The notes: generated by a model from the sequence alone, not told the origin. A stretch of 38,579 nucleotides of DNA from an uncultured Mycoplasmatota bacterium (GCA_946494015.1 CAMMBL010000004.1:1-38579), one strand, 5' to 3'; shown: positions 26,594-37,633, counted from the stretch's first letter. Numbers and translations: made by a program.

Positions 26594-27236
26594 AAACTTA
26601 AAAAGCCAACTCTTTAAAGTTGGCTTTTTCTTCCTTATTATTGGTTTATTAATTTTTTTTAGTCCTACTTTAATAAAAATTAAAGAGGAAGTTTTTGAGG
26701 AAATGCGTTTAGCAATTTTCCAAATGAATATAAATAAAGATAATACAACTATTAATGATGTAAATACTGAAAATTTAGTAATTACTAATGAAGAAACACA
26801 AATATTAAAAGAAGAACCAAAACAGGAAAAGAAGACTACTTATTCATATATAGGAGAGTTAAATATACCAGCAATTAGATTAAAAAGAGGTTTTGTTTCT
26901 AAAGAATCTAAATATAATGATATAAATTATAATATAACTATTGCTAACGAAGCAGATTACCCAGATGTTCCAGCTGGAAACTTCATCCTTATGGCTCATT
27001 CTGGTAATGCTTATATTTCTTTTTTTGATAAGCTATATAAACTTCAAATAGGGGATCAAGCAAGTGTAAGCTATAATGCTAATACTTATAATTATCACTT
27101 AGTTAAAGTTTATAATCAACCCAAAACAGGAAAAGTTACTATCTATAGGAATTCTTATGTTAAAACATTAACGTTAATTACCTGTACTCACGAAGATGAT
27201 TATAACCAAACAATATATATTTTTGAAGAAATATAA
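26577..27236 (+). CDS. Sortase
   Basis: N-terminal TM, IGELNIPAI.L, GNFILMAHSG, F.KL.KL.IGD, LTLITCT. Overlaps its putative substrate gene. Confidence 0.92.
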   Translation: MQRKNRNLKSQLFKVGFFFLIIGLLIFFSPTLIKIKEEVFEEMRLAIFQMNINKDNTTINDVNTENLVITNEETQILKEEPKQEKKTTYSYIGELNIPAIRLKRGFVSKESKYNDINYNITIANEADYPDVPAGNFILMAHSGNAYISFFDKLYKLQIGDQASVSYNANTYNYHLVKVYNQPKTGKVTIYRNSYVKTLTLITCTHEDDYNQTIYIFEEI

Positions 27237-27253
27237 TATAAAGATAAAGGAGG

Positions 27254-27865
27254 ATGAAGATGGATTTAAGTATTATTGATCAATTACTAAAACTACTAGA
27301 AATTCCTTTTTCCTCAATTTTAATGATAGAAATATCTATTATCTTTCTATTACTATATATATTTTTAGTCTATAATGAAAAAAGAGAAAGTAAAAAAGTA
27401 AAGGTCTTTCTATCAGCCATAATAATTTTCTTTATCTCAGCTTTAATATTTTATTTTTCAGACGATGTAGAATTTGTCTTAACAGAAATTATAAAAACTA
27501 TAATGAACTGCTTTTATTTTCCAAATATCATTTTTTATTTTAGTACTGTCATAATATCATTAATCATGATCATTTATACAATGCTAAGTAGTAAATTAAC
27601 TAAATTTAATAAAATAATTACATATACTTTTACATTATTACATCTATTTTTATTTACCAACTTTATTACCTATGCCATTATTAATAAAACTAATTTAACT
27701 AATACAGCAAATATTTATCAAAATGATAATATGTATATTATAGTATTTTTTAGTCAAATTCTTTTTTTCATTATAATCATCTATAAAGCAATATATCATT
27801 TTTGTTATATTAGAAAGGAAAAATTGAAAAATATTAATGAGAGTGATATAATGTTTAGGAAATGA
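27254..27865 (+). CDS. Hypothetical integral membrane protein (about 5 TM)
   Basis: Multiple hydrophobic helices; AGGAGG RBS. Confidence 0.7.
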   Translation: MKMDLSIIDQLLKLLEIPFSSILMIEISIIFLLLYIFLVYNEKRESKKVKVFLSAIIIFFISALIFYFSDDVEFVLTEIIKTIMNCFYFPNIIFYFSTVIISLIMIIYTMLSSKLTKFNKIITYTFTLLHLFLFTNFITYAIINKTNLTNTANIYQNDNMYIIVFFSQILFFIIIIYKAIYHFCYIRKEKLKNINESDIMFRK

Positions 27866-27872
27866 GGTAATT

Positions 27873-29933
27873 ATGAAAAGAAAACTAACAAAAGTTAAAG
27901 ATAAATTCATTAAAACTATAAAACAAATAAAAGAAGACAAATTAATAAGTAAATATTTTAGAAATAATCGCTTATTTATTGTCTATGTTTTAGTGTGTGT
28001 TTTTAATTCAACTCTACTTAGAGTATTTACAATGCCAACTATAGAAAACTACTTATCATTTAAAGCTATAATTGCTGATTTAGCAGTAGTTACTATTATT
28101 GGCTCATTTTCTTATTTATTTAAAGGAAGAAAGCGTTATACCTATTTATTATTTTGGACAACTATCTTTACTGCTATCTGTGTTATAAACTCTGTTTATT
28201 ATACTTTCTATACATCTTTTGCTAGTGTATCAATGTTATCCCTTACTCAATATATTGGTCAAGTAGGTGATGCTGTTGTAGAAAATGTTCTCCAGTTAAA
28301 AGACCTATTATATTTAATTCCATATATTTTCTTTATATACTACTATCATCGTCTTGTTAAAAGAAATAGATATAGAAATTATAATAAAAATACTAGAATT
28401 CCAACCTTTAAATATACCTTAATTGGTGGTGTTTTAATATTATTTATTTTCATTATATCATTATCATCACTAGAAATAAGCCGTTTTATTAAGCAATGGA
28501 ATAGAGAATATATAGTTATGCGTTTTGGTATTTATATGTATCAAGGAAATGACATAGTAGCAAGCCTACAACCAAAAATATCAGCAATGTTTGGTTATGA
28601 TGATGCTAAAAAAGAATTTAATGAATACTATAAAGATAGAAGCGATGAACAAAATTATACTAATAAATATACAAATATTTTAGAAGGACGTAATGTAATT
28701 GTAATTCATGCTGAAAGTATGCAAGCCATAGCACTTAATAGGACTTTTAATGGACAAGAAGTAACACCAAATCTAAATAGGTTAATTAAAGAAGGTTTAT
28801 ACTTTGATAATTTTTACTCACAGGTCAGTGTTGGTACAAGTAGTGATACTGAATTGACATTCAATACAAGCTTAATGCCAACTCAAAATGGAACAGCTTT
28901 TGTCAGTTACTTTGATCGAACTTATATTGCTACTCCATCCTTAATGAAAGAAAAGGGTTATTATACCTTTAGTATGCATGCTAATAATGCTGATTTCTGG
29001 AATAGACGTGCTATGCATGAATCACTAGGTTATGATAAATTCTATAGTAAAGAAACATATGATGTAGATAATAAAAATATTATAGGCTTAGGTCTATCTG
29101 ATAAAGAATTTTTTGCTCAATCGGTAGAAAAAATTAAAAAAATAAGTGAAAAACATGATAAATATTATGGTTTATTAATAACTCTAACTAACCATACCCC
29201 ATTTTCTGATACTGATAAATATGGAGAATTTCCAGTAACAATGAAAACAACTATAACAAATGAAGATGGAACGACTAGTGAAATAGAAGCTCCATATCTT
29301 GAAGGAACAAAATTAGGTAATTATTTTAAATCAGTTCATTATGCTGATGCTGCTTTAGGAGAATTTTTTCAAGAAATGGATGAAGCCGGTTTATTAGAAA
29401 ATACTGTTGTTATTCTTTATGGTGATCATGATGCTAGACTACCAAAAAGTGATTATAATTTAATGAATAACTATGATCCAGTAACAGATAGTATAAAATC
29501 TAAAGATGACCCAACTTATAATGAATATGATAGTTTTGATTATGAACTTGATAGAAAAGTACCATTTTTAATCTGGACCAAAGATAAAGTAGTTCAAGGG
29601 CAAGTTGACTATACAATGGGAATGTATGATGTTATGCCAACAATTGGAAACATGCTAGGTTTTTATAATAAATATGCTCTTGGCCATGATATCTTTGAAA
29701 TAAAAGATAATAATATTGTAGTATTTCCTAATGGTAATTGGATTACTGATAAAATATATTACAATAGTCAAAAAGGTGAATACAAACTATTAAAAGATGA
29801 AATAATCGATGAAGATTATATAACAAAAAATAACGAATATGCTGATAAATTATTAAGTGTTTCTAATAAAGCTATTGTGTTTGATTTATTTAATCCAAAT
29901 AGTGAAGAAGAAGCTGTATCTAAAGAAAAATAG
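27873..29933 (+). CDS. ltaS: LTA synthase family protein (LtaS-like)
   Basis: Five N-terminal TMs; NVIVIHAESMQ, EVTPNLN, QVSVGTSSDTE, FWNR, TNHTPF, YGDH. Confidence 0.92.
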   Translation: MKRKLTKVKDKFIKTIKQIKEDKLISKYFRNNRLFIVYVLVCVFNSTLLRVFTMPTIENYLSFKAIIADLAVVTIIGSFSYLFKGRKRYTYLLFWTTIFTAICVINSVYYTFYTSFASVSMLSLTQYIGQVGDAVVENVLQLKDLLYLIPYIFFIYYYHRLVKRNRYRNYNKNTRIPTFKYTLIGGVLILFIFIISLSSLEISRFIKQWNREYIVMRFGIYMYQGNDIVASLQPKISAMFGYDDAKKEFNEYYKDRSDEQNYTNKYTNILEGRNVIVIHAESMQAIALNRTFNGQEVTPNLNRLIKEGLYFDNFYSQVSVGTSSDTELTFNTSLMPTQNGTAFVSYFDRTYIATPSLMKEKGYYTFSMHANNADFWNRRAMHESLGYDKFYSKETYDVDNKNIIGLGLSDKEFFAQSVEKIKKISEKHDKYYGLLITLTNHTPFSDTDKYGEFPVTMKTTITNEDGTTSEIEAPYLEGTKLGNYFKSVHYADAALGEFFQEMDEAGLLENTVVILYGDHDARLPKSDYNLMNNYDPVTDSIKSKDDPTYNEYDSFDYELDRKVPFLIWTKDKVVQGQVDYTMGMYDVMPTIGNMLGFYNKYALGHDIFEIKDNNIVVFPNGNWITDKIYYNSQKGEYKLLKDEIIDEDYITKNNEYADKLLSVSNKAIVFDLFNPNSEEEAVSKEK

Positions 29934-29948
29934 ATAGGAGTTAAAAAT

Positions 29949-30566
29949 ATGAAATTAAAAAAAAGCGTAAAAAGAATTATTATAATTGCTGTAATACTAA
30001 TTATTGCTGGAAGTAGTTTTATTGCTTATGAGAGTCTTAATAAAAAAGAAACTAAGAAAGCAACTGTTGTTAATGAAATAAAAGAATATGGTTATACTTT
30101 AAAATCAAATAAAAGTGAAAAATATAAAGAAATGTTTCAAAAATTAAAAAATATTTTAAGTAAAGATGAAGTTGATGAAAAAGCTTATGTAGAACAAATA
30201 AGTAAAATGTTTATATTAGATTTCTATAGTTTAGATGATAAATTAGCAAATACTGATGTAGGAGGTGTTGATTTTCTTCATCAAGATGCTAAAACTAATT
30301 TTTTAGAAAAATCAGAAGATACTATCTATAAATATGTAGAAAATAATATTTATGGTAACAGAAACCAAGACCTTCCTGAAGTAGATAATATTACTATAGA
30401 TAATATTGATACAGTTGAATATACTATTGGAACTGATAATACTGATCAAGAAGCATATCAAGTTGAAATAGAATGGACCTATAAAAAAGATATGGACTAT
30501 CAAAATAAAGCAACCCTTACTTTTGTTCATGAAGGTAAAAAACTTTCATTAGTTGAAGTAAAATAA
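29949..30566 (+). CDS. Hypothetical membrane-anchored protein
   Basis: N-terminal TM, FILDFYSL..K....DVGG..F; GGAG RBS. Confidence 0.72.
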   Translation: MKLKKSVKRIIIIAVILIIAGSSFIAYESLNKKETKKATVVNEIKEYGYTLKSNKSEKYKEMFQKLKNILSKDEVDEKAYVEQISKMFILDFYSLDDKLANTDVGGVDFLHQDAKTNFLEKSEDTIYKYVENNIYGNRNQDLPEVDNITIDNIDTVEYTIGTDNTDQEAYQVEIEWTYKKDMDYQNKATLTFVHEGKKLSLVEVK

Positions 30567-30582
30567 TGTTAGAGGTGATATT

Positions 30583-31298
30583 TTGGAAAGACTACAAAAA
30601 GTAATCGCTACATCAGGACTTACTTCAAGAAGAAAAGCTGAAGATTTGATTAAAGCAGGGCGTGTAAAAGTAAATAATGTTATAGTAAGAGAATTAGGAA
30701 CAAAAGTAACTTCTAAAGATATAATTAAAGTTGATGATAAAGAATTAATAAAAGAAAAAAAAGTTTATTATCTTCTTAATAAACCTAGAGGAATTATTAC
30801 TAGTGTAAGTGATGATAAAGAAAGAAAAACTGTAGTAGATTTAATTCCTTGTAATGAAAGAATATATCCTGTCGGACGTCTTGATTATGATACAACAGGA
30901 GTTCTAATTTTAACTAATGATGGTGATTTTGCCAACATTTTAATGCATCCATCTAGTGAAGTAGAAAAAGTATATATAGTTAAAGTTAAAGGTATTATTG
31001 ATAAAGATGCAATTAACACTTTAAAAAATGGGGTTATAATTGATGGTAAAATGACTAAACAAGCTAAAATAAAATTACGAAAAAAAGATTATAAAACCAA
31101 CACTTCTATGCTTACGGTAACTATCCATGAAGGACGTAACCATCAAGTGAAAAAAATGTTTGAAAGTGTAGGTTATAAAGTACTAAAATTAAAAAGAGAA
31201 AGAGAATTTATCTTTGATTTAAAAGGCTTAAAAAGTGGGGAATATAGAACTTTAACACCTAAAGAAGTAGCTATAGTTTATAGTTTAAAAACAAAATA

Positions 31299-31299
<1 letters not shown>
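30583..31299 (+). CDS. rluB: 23S rRNA pseudouridine synthase (RluB/RsuA family)
   Basis: ERLQKVIA..G..SRRKAE (S4 domain), LNKPRG, PVGRLDYDTTG, EGRNHQVK. Confidence 0.95.
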
Positions 31300-31536
<237 letters not shown>

Positions 31537-31619
31537 TTATACTCTATTTTTCTATCTTTGCCTACTTTAAATTTTTTTCATAATATGATATGATAACAAT
31601 ATAGTAAAGTAGGTGGAAT

Positions 31620-32480
31620 ATGGGACGAATGGAACGGTATAATAATAGCCAAAAAACAAAACATATAACTAGAACTGAAAAAAACCAAAATCTATATAAT
31701 GACTTAGGTCATCTTGAAAGATACACAACAATGTCAGATGTATCAAAAATAGAAGCAGTTGAGTTAAATGCCGCCAAGAAAAATTATAGAACAAGAGAAG
31801 GGTATCATAAAATAAAAGATTATAATATACCTAATATAGCTATAGAAAAACCACTTATTAGAAAAGAATTAGATGAGTTTAATTACTTATATAATACTGA
31901 TGAACATAAAACATATGATATTAATAGAGTTATTGAAGAAGCTAAAGAATTAAGGGAAAAAGATAGTTTAGAAAGAAAAAGGAAACTTCATAATGAAAAG
32001 TATAATATTTTGGAAAGTAGTGATGAAGAATTAGAAAAATTTAAAGAAGAAACTAAACTTCGTCATAAACCTATTGAAAATGAACAAGAATTAGAAGATT
32101 TAATTAATACTATTACTTCAAAAGAATTAAGAAAAGAAATAGATAAAGCTACTGATAATAATAGTTTATTAAGTGATTTAATGGCAACAAATGTCAATGA
32201 AGAAGTATTAAAACCTATCGCTACTAAAATAGATGATCAAGATAATAATAAAGATGATGAAACTAAACAATTAGAAGGAGTAAAAAATAAAGAAGCATTA
32301 AATGATATAGATGAATCTTTTTATACAAAAAGCCTAGATTTAAGTGAAGAAGACTTTGATTTTGATGATGAGAATGTAAAAAAGCCATCTAAATTGTTAA
32401 CATTTTTAAAATTTATTTTTTCACTTATCCTAATAATAGGAGTAGGTATAGGTGTTTATTATGTTATAACTAACTTTTAA
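31620..32480 (+). CDS. Hypothetical acidic/coiled-coil protein with C-terminal TM anchor
   Basis: 286-aa ORF starting MGRMERY, E/D/K-rich body and terminal hydrophobic helix. Confidence 0.75.
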   Translation: MGRMERYNNSQKTKHITRTEKNQNLYNDLGHLERYTTMSDVSKIEAVELNAAKKNYRTREGYHKIKDYNIPNIAIEKPLIRKELDEFNYLYNTDEHKTYDINRVIEEAKELREKDSLERKRKLHNEKYNILESSDEELEKFKEETKLRHKPIENEQELEDLINTITSKELRKEIDKATDNNSLLSDLMATNVNEEVLKPIATKIDDQDNNKDDETKQLEGVKNKEALNDIDESFYTKSLDLSEEDFDFDDENVKKPSKLLTFLKFIFSLILIIGVGIGVYYVITNF

Positions 32481-32503
32481 AAAGGAATTTATTCCTTTTT
32501 TTT
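32479..32503 (+). terminator. Intrinsic terminator
   Basis: AAAAAGGAA-ttta-TTCCTTTTT followed by T-run. Confidence 0.65.
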
Positions 32504-32562
32504 ATATTCTCTTTTCTTTAACCATAATTTATAGTATAATTTTAATAGTTTTGAGGTGCTGT

Positions 32563-33588
32563 ATGAATATATATAATTTAACTATAGAAGATCTTACAAC
32601 ATATTTTTTAAAAAATGACGACAAAAAATTTTATGCTACTGAATTATTTACTTGGCTATATAATAAAGATAAAAAAATAATAGACTTTAATGAAGCAACT
32701 AATATAAAAAAATCTACAATATTAAGATTAAAAGAAGATTTTGTAATATCTACAATAGAAATTGTAAAAAAAGAAAAAGCTAAAGATGTTTCAAAATATT
32801 TATTTAAACTTAGTGATAATGAACATATAGAAGCTGTTTTAATGTATCATGATTATGGCAATAGTTTATGTATTTCTAGTCAAGTTGGTTGTAATATGGG
32901 CTGTAAATTTTGTGAATCTGGTAGAAGAAAAAAAGTACGTAATTTAACAACTGGAGAGATGGTAGAGCAAATATTAAAAGTAGAAAATGATAGTAAGATT
33001 AGAATTAGTCATATCGTGATTATGGGAATAGGAGAACCTTTCGATAATTATGATAATGTTTGTAAATTTATTAAAATAATAAATCATCCTAAGGGTTTAA
33101 ATATAGGAGCTCGGCATATTACCATCTCAACATGTGGAATTATTCCTAAAATATTAGATATTGCTAATTTCCCATATCAAGTAAATTTAGCAATAAGTTT
33201 GCATGCTGCTACTGATGAACTTAGAAAACAATTAATGCCAATTGCAAAAGTATATCCATTGAATGAATTAATAGATTCTATAAAAAAATATATAGAAAAG
33301 ACGAATAGACGTGTTACTTTTGAATATATTCTTCTAAAAGATGTTAATGATACAAAAGAAGATGCTCTAAATCTTGTTAAATTACTAAAAGGAATAAATG
33401 CTTATGTTAATTTAATACCATATAATGAAACAGATTCTTTACAATTTAAACGAAGTAACCCTTTAACAATTGCTAAATTTTATGATATACTAAAGAAAAA
33501 TAATATTACAGTTACAATTAGACGAGAATTTGGCGGTACAATTAGTGCTGCTTGTGGACAACTTAGAAGCAGGAAGGAGGAGTTATGA
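32563..33588 (+). CDS. rlmN: Dual-specificity RNA methyltransferase RlmN
   Basis: CISSQVGCNMGCKFC, MGIGEP, ISLHA, NLIPYN, AACGQL. Confidence 0.97.
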   Translation: MNIYNLTIEDLTTYFLKNDDKKFYATELFTWLYNKDKKIIDFNEATNIKKSTILRLKEDFVISTIEIVKKEKAKDVSKYLFKLSDNEHIEAVLMYHDYGNSLCISSQVGCNMGCKFCESGRRKKVRNLTTGEMVEQILKVENDSKIRISHIVIMGIGEPFDNYDNVCKFIKIINHPKGLNIGARHITISTCGIIPKILDIANFPYQVNLAISLHAATDELRKQLMPIAKVYPLNELIDSIKKYIEKTNRRVTFEYILLKDVNDTKEDALNLVKLLKGINAYVNLIPYNETDSLQFKRSNPLTIAKFYDILKKNNITVTIRREFGGTISAACGQLRSRKEEL

Positions 33589-34331
33589 AATCGTTTTATT
33601 TAACAGATGCTGGTAAAGTACGAGATCATAATGAAGATAGTGTTTTAATAGTTCATAATAATAATGGAGATACTCTCATGGCTATTGCCGATGGAATGGG
33701 AGGACATTCTGCTGGAGAAGTAGCTTCATCAATTGCTATAACTCATCTAGCTAAAGAATTTAATGAAAATTTTTATAATATGACAAAAATGGATGCGGTT
33801 AATTTTTTAAGAAATAGTGTTAATGAAATTAATGATAGTATTTTTAGACATGAAAAAACACATCCAGAAAGTAAAGGAATGGGAACAACTTTAGTTACAG
33901 CGATTATTACTAAAGATTATATTCTCTTTGGTAATATAGGTGATTCCTCAGGATTCGTTATGAAAGATGGTAAATTGCATAAAGTAACTTATGATCATAC
34001 TTTAGTTAATTTATTAGTATCAGCTGGAGAATTAACTAAAGAAGAAGCTAAAGATCATCCTAAAAAAAATGTTTTAATGAAAGCTTTAGGTGCTAATGAT
34101 CCTATAGATATAGATATATTTGATTGTATGGATATAAAAGAAATAGATTCTATACTATTAGCAAGTGATGGCCTTACTAATATGCTTGATGAAGAACAAA
34201 TAGAAAAAGTATTATTAAGTGAAGGTGATATTGAAGATAAAGTAATTAAACTAATTAGAAAAGCTAATAATAGAGGTGGAACTGATAATATCTCTGTTGC
34301 TTATTTAATTAAAGAAGAAGGTGAAGAATAA
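33585..34331 (+). CDS. prpC: PP2C Ser/Thr phosphatase Stp1/PrpC
   Basis: TD.GKVRDHNED, ADGMGGH.AGEVAS, GMGTT, GDS, SDGLT, GGTDNIS. Confidence 0.96.
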   Translation: MKSFYLTDAGKVRDHNEDSVLIVHNNNGDTLMAIADGMGGHSAGEVASSIAITHLAKEFNENFYNMTKMDAVNFLRNSVNEINDSIFRHEKTHPESKGMGTTLVTAIITKDYILFGNIGDSSGFVMKDGKLHKVTYDHTLVNLLVSAGELTKEEAKDHPKKNVLMKALGANDPIDIDIFDCMDIKEIDSILLASDGLTNMLDEEQIEKVLLSEGDIEDKVIKLIRKANNRGGTDNISVAYLIKEEGEE

Positions 34332-36121
34332 TGGTTACAAAGGGGCAAAAGATAAATGGTCGTTATGAGATAATTAAATCTATTGGTGAAGGTGGTATGG
34401 CTAATGTTTATCTTGGATATGATACCATATTAGATAGAAATGTTGCCATTAAAGTACTACGCGGAGATTTAGCAAATGATGAAAAATTTGTAAGACGTTT
34501 TCAAAGAGAGGCTTTATCAGCTTCAAGCCTATCTCATCCTAATATTGTTGCCATGTATGATGTAGGTGAAGATGATGGCCTATATTATATCGTAATGGAA
34601 TATGTTGAAGGTAAGACCTTAAAACAATTATTAAAGAAAAGAGGAAGTCTAACTTTAAGTGAAGCTATAGATATTATGTTACAACTAACCGATGGTATGG
34701 CTCATGCTCATGATTCCTACATTGTTCATCGTGATTTAAAACCACAAAATATTATGATTCAAGATGATGGCCAAATAAAAATAACAGACTTTGGTATTGC
34801 TATGGCCTTAAATTCAACACAATTAACTCAAACAAATTCAGTTATGGGTTCAGTTCACTATCTTCCACCAGAACAAGCAGCTGGTAAAGGAGCTACCATC
34901 AAAAGTGATATCTATTCCATGGGAATTATATTTTATGAACTTTTAACTGGTGAATTACCTTTTAAAGGAGATAGTGCAGTAGAAATAGCGCTAAAACAGA
35001 TGAAAGAGCCACTTCCTGATGTTCATAAATTAAATAATGATATCCCCCAAAGTATTGAAAATATTATATTAAAAGCAACAGCAAAAAATCCTAAAAATCG
35101 TTATGATGATGCTAAAAGTATGCATAATGATTTATTAACTGCTTTAAATGATGATAGGATAAATGAAGAACCATATGTTTATCCCTATCCTGAACATGAA
35201 GTAGATGAAACAACAAAAATAATGAAGCCTATTACTAATGAAGAAGAAGGTGTAGCAACACCAATAACTGATGAAAAAGTTAAAAGATCAAACAAACTAA
35301 TAATAGCACTATCAATTATTGCCGGTATTATAGTTTTAGCTTTAATCTCAGTATTCTTTATTATTCCAGCTGTAACTGCTGAAAAAGATATTAAAGTTCC
35401 TGATGTATCTGATATGACAGTAAGTAAGGCAACTGAAAAACTGGAAGATGCTGGTTTTGTTGTTAATAATAAAATAAAAGAAGTATCTAGTGAAAAAGTT
35501 AAGAAAAATAGAATAATAAAGACAGATCCAAAAGCTGGAAGTACCTTAAAAGAAGGAAGTAGAATAACTTTATATAAATCAACAGGAGTAAAAACCTATA
35601 CTTTAGAAAACTATGTTAATGTTGATATTAATGAAGCGAAAGAAGCACTAGAAGATATGGGATTAACAGTAACGATTCAAGAAATAGAACCAGATATTAC
35701 TACTTGTTCTGTAATAGGTCAAAACTTAGTAATATCACAATCTCTTGATGAAGGTAGTGAAGTAAAATCAGGAGATAAAATAATATTAACAACTCTTAAG
35801 ACACTAACTTTTCCGACATGGGCTGGCTCAACCCAAGATGCTGTAACATCATGGTGTAATAATGCCTGTGTAACACTAAATATTGAATATCAAGAAGTTG
35901 TTGATCCTAATCAAGTTGGCAAAGTTATTACTCAATCACGTCCAAGTGGTTCTACTGTAAAAAATAATGATAGTGTTACAATTACTATTGGTAAAAAATC
36001 ACCTATAACTAATAATAATGATGATGATGAAGTAGATATAGATGATAATGAAACTGACAAACAAGATACCAATAATAATCAAGATGATAACAAAACTAAT
36101 AATCAAGATAAAACAAATTAG
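34331..36121 (+). CDS. prkC: PASTA-domain Ser/Thr kinase PknB/PrkC
   Basis: IGEGGMANVY, HRDLKPQN, DFGIA, GSVHYLPPEQ; TM helix, about 3 PASTA repeats and D/N-rich tail. Confidence 0.97.
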   Translation: MVTKGQKINGRYEIIKSIGEGGMANVYLGYDTILDRNVAIKVLRGDLANDEKFVRRFQREALSASSLSHPNIVAMYDVGEDDGLYYIVMEYVEGKTLKQLLKKRGSLTLSEAIDIMLQLTDGMAHAHDSYIVHRDLKPQNIMIQDDGQIKITDFGIAMALNSTQLTQTNSVMGSVHYLPPEQAAGKGATIKSDIYSMGIIFYELLTGELPFKGDSAVEIALKQMKEPLPDVHKLNNDIPQSIENIILKATAKNPKNRYDDAKSMHNDLLTALNDDRINEEPYVYPYPEHEVDETTKIMKPITNEEEGVATPITDEKVKRSNKLIIALSIIAGIIVLALISVFFIIPAVTAEKDIKVPDVSDMTVSKATEKLEDAGFVVNNKIKEVSSEKVKKNRIIKTDPKAGSTLKEGSRITLYKSTGVKTYTLENYVNVDINEAKEALEDMGLTVTIQEIEPDITTCSVIGQNLVISQSLDEGSEVKSGDKIILTTLKTLTFPTWAGSTQDAVTSWCNNACVTLNIEYQEVVDPNQVGKVITQSRPSGSTVKNNDSVTITIGKKSPITNNNDDDEVDIDDNETDKQDTNNNQDDNKTNNQDKTN

Positions 36122-36130
36122 GGGGCTTTT

Positions 36131-36961
36131 ATGAAAGGACAAATTATAAAAATAAGTAGTAATAATCATATTGTCTTTAGTAATAATAAAACATATACTT
36201 GTGTTCCAAGAGGAAAATTTAGAAAGGACAAATTAATACCAAAAGTTGGTGATTATGTTATTTTCGACCCAGATAAATTAGTAATAGATGAAATATTAGA
36301 AAGAAAAAATAACTTTGATAGACCAATGGTTAGTAATATAGATCAAGCTTTTATAGTTACAAGCTTATTAAATCCTAATTTTTCTCTTAATCTACTAGAT
36401 CGTCTTCTAATTTTGATGGAATTACATAAAGTTAAAAGTATTATCTGTATTACCAAAAAAGATTTAACTAGCTTTGATTACTATGAAAAAATCAAGCTAG
36501 TTTTAGCATATTATAATAAAATAGGATACAATATCGTTACAAACCAAGATTTAGAAAAAATAAAAATACTAATAAAAGATCAGACAAATGTTTTTGTAGG
36601 TCAATCTGGCGCTGGTAAAAGTACCCTGTTAAATAAATTAAATCCTAATTGGAATTTAAAAACAGGGGAAATTTCTCTTGCTTTAGGTAGAGGAAAACAT
36701 ACAACAAGAAATGTAGAATTATATAATTTTTTAGATGGAAAAGTATTAGATACCCCTGGTTTTTCAGCTCTTAACTTTAATAATTATACTAAAGAAGATA
36801 TAAAAAAATCTTTTAGAGAATTTTCTAATTATTCATGTCCTTTTAAAGATTGCTCACATACTAAAGAAAAAGAATGTGCTATAAAAAAAGCAGTTTCATC
36901 AGGTGAAATATTAAAAACTCGTTATGATAATTATTTAAAATTTTATGAGGAGGCTAAATAA
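36131..36961 (+). CDS. rsgA: Ribosome small subunit-dependent GTPase RsgA (CpgA)
   Basis: GQSGAGKS, GRGKHTTR, DTPGF, Zn site C.F.DC.H..E..C. Confidence 0.96.
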   Translation: MKGQIIKISSNNHIVFSNNKTYTCVPRGKFRKDKLIPKVGDYVIFDPDKLVIDEILERKNNFDRPMVSNIDQAFIVTSLLNPNFSLNLLDRLLILMELHKVKSIICITKKDLTSFDYYEKIKLVLAYYNKIGYNIVTNQDLEKIKILIKDQTNVFVGQSGAGKSTLLNKLNPNWNLKTGEISLALGRGKHTTRNVELYNFLDGKVLDTPGFSALNFNNYTKEDIKKSFREFSNYSCPFKDCSHTKEKECAIKKAVSSGEILKTRYDNYLKFYEEAK

Positions 36962-37590
36962 TGATAAGTGCATCATTTTTAAGTAGCAAAAATATACCTT
37001 TAACACTAAAAGAATTAAATGATACAGATGTTGATTTTATCCATGTTGATGTTATGGATGGCAAATATGTAAATAATAAAACTTTACCTTTCAAAGAAAT
37101 GCGTCATATATATAAATATACAACTAAACGATTGGATGTTCATCTTATGGTTTTAAAACCTAGTAATTATATTAAAAACTATGCAAGTTTAAATAGTGAA
37201 TATATCTCTATTCATCTTGATATATTAGAAGATGTATTAACAAATTTAAAATTAATTAAAAGCTATGGAATTAAAGCTGGAATTGTCTTAAATCCTAATG
37301 ATGAAGTAAGCACTATTATTCCTTATCTTCCTTACATAGATTTAATAATAGTTATGGGAGTAATACCAGGAGAAGGATCTCAAAAGTTTATAGATAAAAC
37401 TATAAATAAATTAAAAGAATTAAATGTTTTAAAAAAAGAATATCCTAATTTTAAATTTAAAATAAGTATTGATGGAGGTATCAATAATACAATTGTAAAA
37501 AAAATAAAAACATTAGTTGATATAATTGTTAGTGGTAGTTATATAACTAAATCTAATGATTATCAAACACAAATTAATAGTTTACGTTAG
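36961..37590 (+). CDS. rpe: Ribulose-phosphate 3-epimerase
   Basis: HVDVMDG, DVHLMV, IDGGIN, VSGS. Confidence 0.95.
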   Translation: MISASFLSSKNIPLTLKELNDTDVDFIHVDVMDGKYVNNKTLPFKEMRHIYKYTTKRLDVHLMVLKPSNYIKNYASLNSEYISIHLDILEDVLTNLKLIKSYGIKAGIVLNPNDEVSTIIPYLPYIDLIIVMGVIPGEGSQKFIDKTINKLKELNVLKKEYPNFKFKISIDGGINNTIVKKIKTLVDIIVSGSYITKSNDYQTQINSLR

Positions 37591-37633
37591 ATTATTTAAA
37601 TGATATAATAAAAATAAGAATTGAGGGGATAAT

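Noticed and set aside
27695-27940. 81-aa minus-strand ORF
   Set aside because: Antisense to a membrane protein/ltaS junction.
30312-30530. 72-aa minus-strand ORF
   Set aside because: Antisense shadow with no independent support.
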